From an uncultured delta proteobacterium (GTDB taxonomy: Bacteria; Myxococcota_A; Polyangia; Polyangiales; Polyangiaceae): 64,000 bases of DNA. A model generated the notes under the pieces. The model worked only from the letters and a program-made list of their open reading frames with translations. It did no database searches and was not told where the DNA came from. Below, in pieces: positions 1 to 10,533 of the stretch. Numbering within the stretch: position 1 is the first letter of the stretch; the number at the start of each line of letters is the position of its first letter. A program made the translations under genes and the position numbers. The DNA is taken from contig CAVQUB010000005.1 in the NCBI GenBank assembly GCA_963716725.1, positions 288,001 through 352,000 on the forward strand, read 5' to 3'.

Positions 1-1
1 G

Positions 2-349
2 CGGGAGTGCATGTGCTACGCGATGATCGGCATGATCCGCGTGGAGCGCGGCGAACTCGATCTCTCGGCCAAGGCCTACATCCGCGGCCTCGAGGCAGGG
101 CAGAAGACCCCCGATCAGGAGCTCGCGCTCTACTACGACCTCGGCAACGTCTACGAAATGAAGGGCTCGACGAAGGACGCGCTCTACTACTTCGAAAAAG
201 TCGCGCTGAAAGATCCACGTTACCGTGGGGTGTCGGACCGGATCGCCGCGCTCCAGCCGGGGGCACGGCCGGCGTCGGGCACCCGCGCGGTGAACGAAGA
301 AGAAGACTTCGACCGCGTCTTCGACGACTTGTTCGAATCAAAGCGCTGA
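2..349 (+). CDS. C-terminal part of a TPR-repeat protein (possibly SgmX-like polarity/motility TPR protein); 5' end outside window
   Basis: Frame open from the window edge; TPR-like helices (LYYDLGNVYEMKGSTKDALYYFEKV..DPRYRGV) and an acidic tail DFDRVFDDLF. Confidence 0.65.
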   Translation, partial: RECMCYAMIGMIRVERGELDLSAKAYIRGLEAGQKTPDQELALYYDLGNVYEMKGSTKDALYYFEKVALKDPRYRGVSDRIAALQPGARPASGTRAVNEEEDFDRVFDDLFESKR

Positions 350-371
350 AATCGGCCCGGCGAGCGCCGGT

Positions 372-1127
372 TCATCCGAGCCGAAGCAGCAGCTCCTGCA
401 CGTAGTCGTCCCCGCCCAGCTCGGCCTTGGCCTGGCGCAGGCCCTCGGCGAGCGGGGTGCCCTTGCTCCAGATCATACGAAACGCGCCCTGGAGCGCGCG
501 CCGTGAGACCTCCGGCACGCCCATGCGCTCGAGGCCGACGTCGTTCAGGGCGCGCACCCGTGCGCGGTCTCCCGCGGCGATGACAAAGGGCGGGACGTTG
601 CGCTCGACCTTGGCGCCGCCGGCCAAGAAGCAGCCGCGCCCGAGGCGCACGAAGGGCTGAACGGCCACGTGCCCTCCGCACACGACCTGGTCTTCGACCG
701 TGACGTGCCCGCCCAGCGTCGCCAAGTTGCTCAAGATGACGTCGCTACCCAGGTTGCAGTCGTGCGCGACGTGGGCGCCGACCATGAGCAGACAGCGGGA
801 ACCGATTCGCGTCACCCCGCCTCCCTTCAGCGTTCCGCGGTGCAGCGTCACCTGCTCCCGGATCTCGTTGTCGTCGCCGATCTCGAGCAGAGTTGGCTCG
901 CCGCTGTAGGACCTGTCCTGTGGCGGCGCACCGATCACGGCCCCCGGAAAGATGCGGTTGCGACGGCCGATCCGAGTGCCCGGACCGAGCACGCTCACGT
1001 GCCCCACCAGCTCGCAGCCTTCGCCGAGCTGAGCGCCAGCGGCCACCCAGCAGAAGGGGCCGACGACCACGTCCTCAGCGAGCTCCGCACCCGGCTCGAC
1101 CACCGCAGAGGCGTGGATGCGGGCCAC
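372..1127 (-). CDS. lpxA: Acyl-ACP--UDP-N-acetylglucosamine O-acyltransferase
   Basis: IHASAVVEPGAEL start, hexapeptide repeats, G.PPQD, IREQVTLHRGT, HVAHDC, LGGHV motifs; follows fabZ. Confidence 0.95.
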   Translation of the reverse strand: MARIHASAVVEPGAELAEDVVVGPFCWVAAGAQLGEGCELVGHVSVLGPGTRIGRRNRIFPGAVIGAPPQDRSYSGEPTLLEIGDDNEIREQVTLHRGTLKGGGVTRIGSRCLLMVGAHVAHDCNLGSDVILSNLATLGGHVTVEDQVVCGGHVAVQPFVRLGRGCFLAGGAKVERNVPPFVIAAGDRARVRALNDVGLERMGVPEVSRRALQGAFRMIWSKGTPLAEGLRQAKAELGGDDYVQELLLRLG

Positions 1128-1131
1128 GGCA

Positions 1132-1590
1132 CTACCCCGACCGATCGACGATGGACGCGAGCAGCTCCCCCTGCGCGCACAGGGTGCCGTCCACCGTGGC
1201 CTCGCCCCGCAGCTTCCAGACGTTGGTGCGGTGCTGAATCACCTGGACCTCGAGATCCAAGCGATCGCCCGGAGTGACGGTGTGGCGGAACTTCGCCTTG
1301 TCGATGCCGAGAAAGTACATCAGGCTGCTCGACGAATCGAAGGGCTCGGAGGCGTAGGCCAAGATGCCGCCGATTTGGGCCAGCGCTTCGATGATCAGGA
1401 CGCCCGGCATGATGGGGCGGCCGGGGAAGTGACCGTTCGCCCACGGTTCGTTGTAGCTGACGTTCTTGTGCCCACGGATGTGCTTGCCCTTGACGACCTC
1501 GGTGACCCGATCGACCAGCACGAAGGGGTAGCGGTGCGGCAAGATCTCGAGGATCTTCTGGATGTCGAGGGTGGTGGCGCGCGGGCTCAT
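1132..1590 (-). CDS. fabZ: 3-hydroxyacyl-ACP dehydratase
   Basis: LPHRYPFVLVDRV, GHFPGRPIMPGVLIIEALAQ motifs; ATG at 1590. Confidence 0.95.
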   Translation of the reverse strand: MSPRATTLDIQKILEILPHRYPFVLVDRVTEVVKGKHIRGHKNVSYNEPWANGHFPGRPIMPGVLIIEALAQIGGILAYASEPFDSSSSLMYFLGIDKAKFRHTVTPGDRLDLEVQVIQHRTNVWKLRGEATVDGTLCAQGELLASIVDRSG

Positions 1591-1685
1591 CTCGAAGCGC
1601 GAGCCTGGCACGGCGACAGCGAGGGGTACAGGCGCCTGCTCGGCGCTGCGACCCTCAGCGCAAACAGGGCCGCCGATCGATCCGG

Positions 1686-2591
1686 CTAACGCCTGAGCAG
1701 CCGCGCCATGGCGCGCAGCCAGCGGACCTTCGGCACCGCCGGAAAACCCGCGACCGTCGCGCCGGGCGGCACGTCCGCGATGACGCCGCTCTTGGCCGCG
1801 AGGCGCGCCCCTGCCCCCACGCGAACGTGGTCCTTCACGCCGACCTGACCGCCCACCTGCACGCCGTCTTCGAGCACCACCGAGCCCGCGAAGCCCGACT
1901 GCGCGGCGATCAGACAGCACCTTCCGATCTGCACGTTGTGACCGACGTGGATCTGCGCATCGAGCTTGGACTCGGCTCCCACGCGCGTGGGCGAGAGCGT
2001 GCCCGCGTCGACCGTGCAGAGCGCGCCAATCTCGACGTCGTCGTCGATGACGACGCCGCCCAGCTGCGGCATGCGCCGCGGACGACCCTCGGGGCTCCGA
2101 ACCCAGCCGAACCCGGGTCGACCGATGACTGCGCCGGCGCCCACCCTCACACGCTGACCGATGACCACGTTGCCGTAGATGACGGCGTTCGGACCGACCT
2201 CGGAGCCTGCGCCGATGCGCGCGCCCCGAAGCACCACGGCTCCGGGGCTGATGATGGCGTCGGCGGCGATCTCGGAATTGGAGTCGTTCGGCGGAAGATC
2301 GTCGAGCAACTCGGCCAGCACCCAGTCGGCGTGCGGGTGGATCCAACGGCGGCCGTCGGCAATTCGGGCAGCCAGCTCCGGCGGGCACAGGATCGGGCCC
2401 GCCGACGAGGACGCCTCGCTGAGAAATCGTGGTGACCCGACGAGCACTAGATCGCTGGTGGTCAGCCCAAGGCCGGGCGCCACGATACGATCGACGCTGC
2501 GCTCGGCGATCTCGGTATCCAGCGTTCCGCCGAAGCGCGCCGAGAGCTCCGTGAGCCGAAGCGGGCGGCGGAGCGAGAAGCCCGCGCTCAC
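1686..2591 (-). CDS. lpxD: UDP-3-O-(3-hydroxyacyl)glucosamine N-acyltransferase
   Basis: GFGW..MPQLGGVVIDDDVEIGA, KLDAQIHVGHNVQIG, AAQSGFAGS; GTG start overlaps the skp stop (GTGA). Confidence 0.9.
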   Translation of the reverse strand: MSAGFSLRRPLRLTELSARFGGTLDTEIAERSVDRIVAPGLGLTTSDLVLVGSPRFLSEASSSAGPILCPPELAARIADGRRWIHPHADWVLAELLDDLPPNDSNSEIAADAIISPGAVVLRGARIGAGSEVGPNAVIYGNVVIGQRVRVGAGAVIGRPGFGWVRSPEGRPRRMPQLGGVVIDDDVEIGALCTVDAGTLSPTRVGAESKLDAQIHVGHNVQIGRCCLIAAQSGFAGSVVLEDGVQVGGQVGVKDHVRVGAGARLAAKSGVIADVPPGATVAGFPAVPKVRWLRAMARLLRR

Positions 2592-3214
2592 TTCTTGGGG
2601 GTGAGCGTCGGGGCGGTGAGCGTCGGGCCCGGGAGCGTCGGGGCCTTGGCTCCACCCTTGGCGTCGCCCTTGGCGTCGCCCTTGGTGTCGCCGCCGCCGC
2701 CCTGGTTGTATTGCTGAATTACGCGGTCGGTCAGATCGAGATCGCTGCGCACGTAGGGCACGGCCTGTTTGTCGACGACCAAGTCGAAGCCGTCGTTGGA
2801 GGCCATGCGCCGAATCAGCCCCATGGTCTTCTGAAAGATCGGCTGCGTCAGCTCGTTCTGCTTCTTCTGCAGCTCTTTGTTGTATTCGACGAAGACCGTC
2901 TGCAGCTGCATCATCTCGCGCTGCCACTTCTCGACGCGCTTCTGGAGCGCCGCCTTGCTCAGCACGTTCTGCTGCTTCTCGATGTCCTCGCGTTCCTTCT
3001 GCAAGTCCGTCTGCTTCTTGTCGAGTTCGTGCTGCCGCTTGTCGAAGAGCTTCTTCAACGTCGCTTGAGCGCGGAGGCCGTCTTCGGTCTCCATGATGGC
3101 GCGCTGGGTATCGACCACGGCGAGCTTGGCTTGGGCGGCCGCGGTGGCGGTGGTGCCGAGGGCGGCGACGAACAGCGAGATGCTCAGGGCCCATCGAGTC
3201 GAATGACGAAGCAT
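2588..3214 (-). CDS. skp: OmpH/Skp periplasmic outer-membrane-protein chaperone
   Basis: Signal peptide, KLAVVDTQR, coiled coil, GFDLVVDK, DLTDRVI; Pro/Thr-rich tail; start codon approximate. Confidence 0.88.
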   Translation of the reverse strand: MLRHSTRWALSISLFVAALGTTATAAAQAKLAVVDTQRAIMETEDGLRAQATLKKLFDKRQHELDKKQTDLQKEREDIEKQQNVLSKAALQKRVEKWQREMMQLQTVFVEYNKELQKKQNELTQPIFQKTMGLIRRMASNDGFDLVVDKQAVPYVRSDLDLTDRVIQQYNQGGGGDTKGDAKGDAKGGAKAPTLPGPTLTAPTLTPKK

Positions 3215-3284
3215 GGCCGGGGGCATACGAGACGCCCGGTCCCGGGTCAAGACGCTGGCCGAGTCGGCTCCCGGGAGTGGGCCG

Positions 3285-4658
3285 TCAGAGCAACACGAAA
3301 TCGTCGGCTTCGGCGGCTTCTTGGGCGACGACGCTGGTGGTTTCCTCGTCCCGTTTGACCGCCAGCTCGTACAGCTCGGCCAAAATCGCCGGGTGCTCCT
3401 TGATCAGCTCGAGGAACCGGTCGCGGGGCAGGTGCAGGGTGACGGTCGGGCAGGCGGCCATCACGTTGGCGGTGGACGGGCGACGCAGGACCAGCGCCAC
3501 TTCGCCCACGACCTCTCCCACGCCGAGCTTTGCCAGGAGCGTTCGGTCTTCGCCGTCGTCGTGCATGACGACGACCTCCCCCGACGCGATCAGATGCAGG
3601 CCGTCGGAGGCCTGCCCCTGACTGATCAAGAGTTCGCCGTCTTCGTAGGTCCGCGTGACGAATCGATCGACCAGCGCCGGGCGCGCGGCGGGCTTCACTG
3701 CGCTCAAGATGTTGCTGGTGCGGACCAAGTTCTCGACCATTCGGCGGCGACAGTGATCGGCGAACTCCTGACCGACGGCGGGTTGCCGCGCCGCAACCGC
3801 ATCGAGGGCGTCCTTGCGGGCCACCAAGATGATGCTGGGGCGCGCTGCCACGACGCTGGCCGCCCGCGGGGCGCGCGAGAGCAGGGCCATCTCGCCAAAG
3901 AGCGCGCCGCTGCCGAGGCGGGCGAGCAAGAGGGACTCGCTGCCTTCTCCTTGGCGGCAGACTTCGAGCTCCCCGCGCGCGAGAATGTACGCTTCCGCGC
4001 CCGGTGTTCCTTCGTCGATGAGCACCGCACCGGTTGCGACCGTCTTGACCTCGAAGACGTCCAGCATGGCGCGCAGCGCGGATCGATCGAGGGCGCTGAA
4101 TAGAGGCTGCGGAGCGACCTTGGCACGCGTTGGCCCCGAGGCTGACTCGCGCTCGCGGAGCTTCTGGGCTTCGTGCACCAGCTCTTGCGCCTTGCCGACC
4201 AACGCCTTGCCCGAGAGCGCGGCCGGTAGCGGCTGAAATGCTTCGGCCGAGTGGGGCAGCTCCGGGGGCGAGGCGCCCGTGCTCAGCAGCTGCGACGAGC
4301 CTTTGCAGAAGGTCTTCGCGATGGCATCGCGGTGTTTGGCCGCGTCGTGGCCCAGCGTCGCGAGATCGCAGCACGCTGCAACGGCCAGTGGCAGGTTGCC
4401 GATGTCGATGGCCCGGGCGACGGCCAGCTCCAGCCCCTCGATGCCGACCTCGCGGCGGCCCGCCGCTGCCAGTAGACGAGCGGTGATGATCAGCCCCAGC
4501 GGCCCCGCGGGCTCGCTCTTCACCAGCGCAGCTCCCCAGCGCAGCGCGGCGTCGAGCTCGTCGGCGAGGGAGAGCGCCATCGCGCGATCGGCGGGGCTGT
4601 CAGCCTGCGGCGTACCCGGCAAACTCGGGGGCGCGGTCATCGGCGTGGAGCCTACCAC
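3285..4658 (-). CDS. Protein with two cyclic-nucleotide-binding domains
   Basis: Two cNMP motifs: FGEMALLSRAPRAASV and VGEVALVLRRPSTANV; helical N-terminus. Confidence 0.85.
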   Translation of the reverse strand: MVGSTPMTAPPSLPGTPQADSPADRAMALSLADELDAALRWGAALVKSEPAGPLGLIITARLLAAAGRREVGIEGLELAVARAIDIGNLPLAVAACCDLATLGHDAAKHRDAIAKTFCKGSSQLLSTGASPPELPHSAEAFQPLPAALSGKALVGKAQELVHEAQKLRERESASGPTRAKVAPQPLFSALDRSALRAMLDVFEVKTVATGAVLIDEGTPGAEAYILARGELEVCRQGEGSESLLLARLGSGALFGEMALLSRAPRAASVVAARPSIILVARKDALDAVAARQPAVGQEFADHCRRRMVENLVRTSNILSAVKPAARPALVDRFVTRTYEDGELLISQGQASDGLHLIASGEVVVMHDDGEDRTLLAKLGVGEVVGEVALVLRRPSTANVMAACPTVTLHLPRDRFLELIKEHPAILAELYELAVKRDEETTSVVAQEAAEADDFVLL

Positions 4659-4676
4659 GAACGTCCTGCCGCCAAC

Positions 4677-5771
4677 TCAGTCCTCGCGGTTCTTTCCGGG
4701 GTCGTCGCCGTCGGTCGCAGGCGAAGCCTCCCGCCCGCGAGAGAGCGCGGCGCTGACCGCGCCGGCGGTGGCAGCGACCAGCGGCACGACGCTCGGGTAG
4801 TCCATGCGGGTGGGACCGATGATGCCGACCGCGCCTCCGGGCCGTCCGCCCTCGTGGATCGGTGCCGCGACGACGCTCATGGGGTAGCCGACGGCCTGGC
4901 TGGTCTCTTCACCCAAGAACACCTGCACGCGATCGGCGCTGAGTGATCGATCGAGCAACAGGACCAAGCGCTCTCGGTCTTCGAGCACACGCATCAAATC
5001 GCGGAGCTCCTCGGTGGTGGCGAAGCCCGGACGTTCGAGCAAGCGGGCCTGTCCTTCGATCACCACGTCCACGACGTGGCCAGCTCCCTCAATCGCCGCA
5101 TTGACGAGCGACAGCCCGAGTCGTCGCAGCGACGCGAGTTCGTCGCGGCCGTCGGAGAGAGCGCGTGCAAAGTGATCTCGCACCTCGACCAGGCTGCGGT
5201 CACCCAGCCCCTCCTCGAGAGCGTTGTGCAAGCGCGCGAGTTCTGCCTCTGCGATCGGCGCTTCGATGCTGATGAACCGGTTCTCGACGCTGCCGTTGGA
5301 AAATACGATCACACTGAGCAGCTCCGTCGGTCGCGTCGGGATGAACCGGACCTTGAGTACGGTGCGCGTCTCGCTGCGCGGTCGAACCAAGATGGCGGCA
5401 GCCCCGGTCAGATCCGAGAGCAGGCGCCCGGTCTGCCTGAGCAGATCGGGTCCCGCGTGGGGATCCAAGAGCAGCTCCTCGATGCGATGAGCTTCTTCTT
5501 CGGAGAGCTGCCGGACACGCATCAACGCGTCGATGAACAGCCGGAAGGCCTTCTCGGTGGGAACTCTGCCCGCCGAGGTGTGGGGCTGCGCCAGATAGCC
5601 GGCGTCTTCGAGGTCGGCGAGCACGTTGCGGATCGTGGCCGCGGACAGGTCGAAGCCGTATTTCTTGACGAGGGTTCGGCTGCCCACCGGCTCGCCGGTG
5701 GCGATGAACTCGGTCACCACCGAGTAGAGAATCGAACGGGCGCGCTTGGGGAGCGGCTGGGACAAGGACAC
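4677..5771 (-). CDS. hrcA: Heat-inducible transcription repressor HrcA
   Basis: EPVGSRTL, SAATIRNVLADLE..GYLAQPHTSAGRVPT, GIIGPTRMDY motifs. Confidence 0.95.
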   Translation of the reverse strand: MSLSQPLPKRARSILYSVVTEFIATGEPVGSRTLVKKYGFDLSAATIRNVLADLEDAGYLAQPHTSAGRVPTEKAFRLFIDALMRVRQLSEEEAHRIEELLLDPHAGPDLLRQTGRLLSDLTGAAAILVRPRSETRTVLKVRFIPTRPTELLSVIVFSNGSVENRFISIEAPIAEAELARLHNALEEGLGDRSLVEVRDHFARALSDGRDELASLRRLGLSLVNAAIEGAGHVVDVVIEGQARLLERPGFATTEELRDLMRVLEDRERLVLLLDRSLSADRVQVFLGEETSQAVGYPMSVVAAPIHEGGRPGGAVGIIGPTRMDYPSVVPLVAATAGAVSAALSRGREASPATDGDDPGKNRED

Positions 5772-5876
5772 GAAGATTCTCCACCAAGCCCGGACCGTCA
5801 ATTCCAGGGCCCGCACAAAAGCCGGGCATTTCCCCCGGGGTCGGGGGGGCAAGGAGGGTCTCGGTCAGCGAAATCC

Positions 5877-5906
5877 TTGACACTTTTCCGGCCGGTGCGG
5901 TTTGAT
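5877..5906 (+). promoter_or_regulatory. Putative sigma70-type promoter for the romR-like gene
   Basis: TTGACA (5877-5882), 18 nt spacer, TTTGAT (5901-5906); GGAGGA RBS just before the TTG start at 5945. Confidence 0.4.
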
Positions 5907-5944
5907 CCCGTACCGACCGATTCCTCGGCCGCGGGAGGACACCT

Positions 5945-6730
5945 TTGACCACGACGCTGCTGGCCATCGACGACAGCAAGACCATGCGAAAGGTCCTCGA
6001 GATCACGTTCTCGGGTGACACCTATCAGGTACTCGTCGCGGACAGCGCGCAGCAAGCTCTCGAGAAGCTGCGCGCCGACAAGCCGACCCTGGCGCTGATC
6101 GACGCGAACTTGGGATCTGCGGGCGGCGGCTACGACCTGTGCCAACAGATCAAGCGCGAGGCCCCCGGGGTCGGGGTGCTGATCTTGTCCAGCAAGCAGC
6201 AGCCCTACGACAAGGCGCGTGGCGCCTCCGTGGGCGCTGACGAGTTCATGGACAAGCCCTTCGACACCCAGCAGATCCTCGACAAGACGGCTGCCTTGGT
6301 GCGGCGGCTCGCCGACGCGCCGCCGGCCGCGGCCATGCGTCCCGCGGTTGCCCCACCCGCTGCGGCCGCGCCTGCACCCGCTGCTGCGCCCCCAGTGGTG
6401 ACCCCGCGCCCGTCCGGTGTGCAGCCGCGCCCCGCGGCGCCGGCGATGGGACTCGGTCCGCCGCGACCTCACGTGCAGACCTTGGTCGGCGCGGCCGCGG
6501 CCCCCGCCCCATCGGCGGCCCCCGCGCCCCCGGCTGGCGCGGCGGCAGCGGCGACCTCCGACAACGGACAATTTGCAGAGCGCCTCGCCGGTCTCGGGCT
6601 CAGCAAGGACCAGGTGGAGGGCGTCTTGGCGCTCTCGCGCGAGGTGGTCGAGCAGGTGGTGTGGGAAGTGGTGCCCACCCTCGCCGAGACCATCATCAAA
6701 GAAGAGATCCGTCGGCTCACCGCCGAGTGA
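5945..6730 (+). CDS. romR: RomR-like polarity response regulator (receiver, Pro/Ala linker, conserved C-terminal helix)
   Basis: Receiver motifs (IDDS, LID, KPF); C-terminal SREVVEQVVWEVVPTLAETIIKEEIRRL typical of RomR; located upstream of valS as in Myxococcus. Confidence 0.8.
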   Translation: MTTTLLAIDDSKTMRKVLEITFSGDTYQVLVADSAQQALEKLRADKPTLALIDANLGSAGGGYDLCQQIKREAPGVGVLILSSKQQPYDKARGASVGADEFMDKPFDTQQILDKTAALVRRLADAPPAAAMRPAVAPPAAAAPAPAAAPPVVTPRPSGVQPRPAAPAMGLGPPRPHVQTLVGAAAAPAPSAAPAPPAGAAAAATSDNGQFAERLAGLGLSKDQVEGVLALSREVVEQVVWEVVPTLAETIIKEEIRRLTAE

Positions 6731-6768
6731 TCCCGTTCCTCAGGTCGCGAGCCGAGCCCTGAGGCGGG

Positions 6769-7527
6769 ATGGCGTATCGCGACGAAAACCAGCAACTACG
6801 CGTGCGCGTCGAAGAGCTCGAAGACGAGCTCACGGCAGCGCAGCAGCGGATCCGCGTGCTGGAAGACCCCGGTGTGTCCGCGGGACAAACCCTGGGCGAG
6901 AAGCTGGCTGGGGCGAGGCTGCGCATCGTGCACGAGGTGGAGATCGCCGGTGAGCTGCCGCCGGCCGCGCACGAGGAGATCGTCGAAGTGCTGCGGCGGC
7001 GCTACAGCACGCTCGGACAAGCAAGCAGCGTGGGCAAGAGCCTCGGCTGGTCGAACGTCGTGCCGCAGGGCACGCGCGCGCTGGAGGTCAGCGTCAGCGT
7101 CAGGAACGGCAAGACCACGGTGCGCGGAGTCGAGCGCCTCGGCAGCCTGGCGGGCGGTCTCTTCGGGGGCATCGTGGGCGGCGTCGGTGGTGGAGGCATG
7201 GCCCTGGTTCTGCCCCTCGCGCTTGCGCTCAAGACTCCGGCGGCCATCCCACTCCTGATCGTGCTCTGGATCAGCATGGTCTACGCCGTCGTCCGCGCGT
7301 CCTTTTCCCGAGTGGCGACCGCGCGCGAGCGTGAGCTCCGGGCCGCCATCGACGAGATCTCGAGCGTCGCGCGCGAGAACATCGCTCGAGATCGGAAGGC
7401 CAAGCTGCGGGTGGATGCCGACAAGGCCGACGAGGCCGACGAGGCCGACGAGGCCGACGAGGCCGACGAGGCCGACGAGGCCGACGAGGCCGAGGCCGAC
7501 GAGGCACGGCGCACGCGCCGCAAGTGA
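6769..7527 (+). CDS. Hypothetical membrane protein with an acidic ADE-repeat tail
   Basis: N-terminal coiled coil, Gly-rich hydrophobic hairpin (GGLFGGIVGGVGGGG), two TM segments. Confidence 0.7.
   Translation: MAYRDENQQLRVRVEELEDELTAAQQRIRVLEDPGVSAGQTLGEKLAGARLRIVHEVEIAGELPPAAHEEIVEVLRRRYSTLGQASSVGKSLGWSNVVPQGTRALEVSVSVRNGKTTVRGVERLGSLAGGLFGGIVGGVGGGGMALVLPLALALKTPAAIPLLIVLWISMVYAVVRASFSRVATARERELRAAIDEISSVARENIARDRKAKLRVDADKADEADEADEADEADEADEADEAEADEARRTRRK
7426..7488 (+). repeat. 9-bp tandem repeat (GCCGACGAG)x7 encoding (ADE)7
   Basis: Directly visible perfect repeat. Confidence 0.95.
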
Positions 7528-7582
7528 TCTCGGCGCCCGCGCTGGAACGGCGGCGCGCACTCGGGTAATAGTGCCGATCCCC

Positions 7583-10379
7583 ATGACCGAGCTACCCACG
7601 GCCTACGAGCCCGCGGACGTCGAGCCCCGCTGGTACGAGTTCTGGCAGTCCGAAGGCGTGTTTCGAGCCAGCGTCGACCCCGACGACGCTCGTCCCGTGT
7701 ACGTCATCGCGCTGCCTCCGCCCAACGTCACGGGCTCCCTGCACATGGGCCACGCGCTGATGGGCACCCTCGAAGACGCGCTCATTCGCCACCAGCGCAT
7801 GCTCGGCAAAAATACGCTCTGGCAACCTGGCATCGATCACGCCGGCATCGCCACCCAGACCGTGGTCGAGCGCCAGCTGCGCCGAGAGAACCTGAGCCGC
7901 CACGATCTCGGACGCGAGAAATTCGTCGAGCGCGTCTGGCAGTGGAAGGAGCAGAGCGGCGGCCGCATCGCCGAGCAGATGCGCGCCCTCGGCTGCTCCG
8001 CCGACTGGGAGCGCACCAAGTTCACCATGGACCCGGACCTGAGCCGGGCGGTGACCGAGAGCTTCGTTCGGCTCTACGAGGACGGGCTCATCTACCGAGC
8101 GACGCGCCTCATCAACTGGTGCAGCGATTGTCGCACCGCGCTCAGCGATCTCGAGGTCGAGAACGAGGAGTCGCAGGGCGAGCTCTACGAGTTCGCGTAT
8201 CCGGTTGCCAACTCCGATCCCAGCGCCGGGGTGACCGAACTCGTAGTCGCGACGACGCGACCCGAGACCATGCTGGGCGACACCGCCGTCGCGGTTCACC
8301 CCGACGATCCGCGCTACCGGCACCTGCACGGCAAGATGCTGAAGCACCCCTTCGTCGATCGCGAGATCCCCGTCATCACCGACGCCATCTTGGTGGACAT
8401 GGCCTTCGGCACCGGCGCCGTGAAGGTGACGCCGGCCCACGACTTCAACGACTTTGCGACGGGCAAGCGCCACCAGCTCGCCGAGATCAACATCTTGAAC
8501 CTGGACGGCAGCATCAACGCCGAGGGCGGCAGCTTCCAAGGCAAGACCGTGAAAGAGGCGCGCAAGGCCGTGAAGGCTGCGCTGGCCGAGAAGGGCCTGG
8601 AGCGGGGCGGAAAGCCCCACGCGCTGATGCTGCCGCGCTGTCAGCGCTGCAACACCGTGGTCGAGCCCATGGTCAGCACGCAGTGGTTCGTGAAAATGAC
8701 GCCCCTCGCCGAGCCGGCCATCGCTGCGGTCAAAGACGGCCGCACCGAGATCATCCCGGAGGAGTGGGCGAAGACCTACTTCCACTGGCTCGAGAACATC
8801 CAAGATTGGTGCATCTCGCGTCAGCTCTGGTGGGGCCATCAGATCCCGGCCTTCCACTGCGAGTGCGGCGAGATCGTGGTCACCCGCGACGATCACCCGG
8901 GCGCTTGTCCCAAGTGCAAGCAGGCCACGCTCACCCGCGATCCCGACGTGCTCGACACCTGGTTTTCGAGCGCGCTCTGGCCCTTCTCCACCCTGGGTTG
9001 GCCGACGGACAGCGTGGCGCTCCGCCGCTTCTACCCATCCAGTGACATGGAGACGGGCTACGACATCCTGTTCTTCTGGGTCGCCCGCATGATGATGATG
9101 GGCCTCTACTTCATGAAAGAGGTGCCCTTCCGTCGCGTGCTGCTCCACGGCCTGGTCGTGGACGAGACCGGCGAGAAGATGAGCAAGGTGAAGGGCAACA
9201 CCATCGACCCGTTGGATCTCATCCACGGCTCGGCCTTCGACAGCGTGGTGCAGAAGGCGCTGCCCGGCGCGCCGGTGGCCGAAGCGCTCGCCAAGTTTCG
9301 GCGAGCGTACCCCTCGACGGCCCAGATGGAGCAGGGCTTTCCAGCGTACGGCACCGACGCGCTTCGGCTCGCCCTGTGCAGCTACTCGCCGCAGGCCAAG
9401 CGCATCGCGCTCTCGCCCAAGCGCATCGAGGGCTACCGGAACTTCTGCAACAAGCTCTACAACGCCACGCGCTTCTCGTTGCCCAACATCGAGACCGTCA
9501 CGCTCTCCGGCGCCACGCCCGAGCCGCAGCTCTTGATGAACCGCTGGGTGCTCTCGCGCCTCGCCAGCGCCTGCGAGGCGAGCTCGGCCGGCATCACCGA
9601 GTTCCGCCTCGACGAAGGCATCCGGCGCGCTCTACCGCTTCGTGTGGGACGAGTTCTGCGCCTGGTACCTCGAGGCCTGCAAGCCCGTGTTTCTGTCCGG
9701 CAGCGAAGCCGAGCAGGCCGAGACGCGCCTGACCCTCGCGCACGCCATCGAGACGGTGCTGCGCGCGCTGCACCCCTACGCGCCCTTCATCACCGAGGAG
9801 CTCTGGCAGCGCGTGCCGCGGCCGGCGTCGCGACCCAAGTCCATCGCGCTTTCGCCCTACCCGAGCGCCGCCGACGGGCGCCCCGACCCCGACGCGGAGC
9901 GGGACTTCGCCGCGGTCACCGCCGCCATTGGCGCTGCGCGCGCCGTGCGCAGCGAGCACGAGGTGCACCCCGGCGCGCGCGTGCCGCTGCACCTCCGCGC
10001 CGGCGAAGCGCTGGCCAAGCTGTTCGCCTCCGAAGAGCGGCTGTTCTCGTTCTTGGTCAAGACCCAGGACGCGCCGGTGATCGAGCCGCTGGGATCCGCC
10101 CGCCCTGCCGGCTACGTGCTCACCGTCGCGGGCGACGTCGAGGTGCTCGTGGGTCTCGTGGGGCTCGTGGACGCGGCTCACGAGAAGAACCGCATCGAGC
10201 GATCGACCAAGAAGATCGACAAGGACATCGAGTCCATCGAGAAGCGCCTGGCGAACAAAGCCTTCCTCGAGAAGGCTCCGCCCGAGGTCGTGGTCGAAGC
10301 CCGCGAGCAACTCGAGGCGCTGCGCCGCCAAAAGGCCGCCCTCGAAGCGGGGCTGTCGTTGGTGGACGAGCTGGGGTGA
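7583..10379 (+). CDS. valS: Valine--tRNA ligase, with an apparent +1 frameshift at ~9617 (likely sequencing error)
   Basis: PPPNVTGSLHMGH, WCISRQLWWGH, KMSK motifs; removing one base at GACGAAGGCA restores [23 protein letters not shown] and the C-terminal coiled coil. Confidence 0.95.
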
Positions 10380-10533
10380 GCGGACTCACCGCGGGCGTGA
10401 GCTGGACAGCAGGGCCTGCGGAGTGTCGAGGCCGTCAACCAATCCCCGGCCCCGCCGCGAGCTTCCGGGCATTCGGAGCCTCGAACGAAACGCCTCGTTG
10501 AGGCATCAGGCGAAAGCGGGCAAACTGGTCCAT

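Noticed and set aside
5772..5944. CIRCE operator upstream of hrcA
   Set aside because: No TTAGCACTC-N9-GAGTGCTAA-like inverted repeat recognised.
9600..9650. Programmed ribosomal frameshift in valS
   Set aside because: No slippery heptamer; same single-base duplication pattern as five other sites, so sequencing error is more parsimonious.
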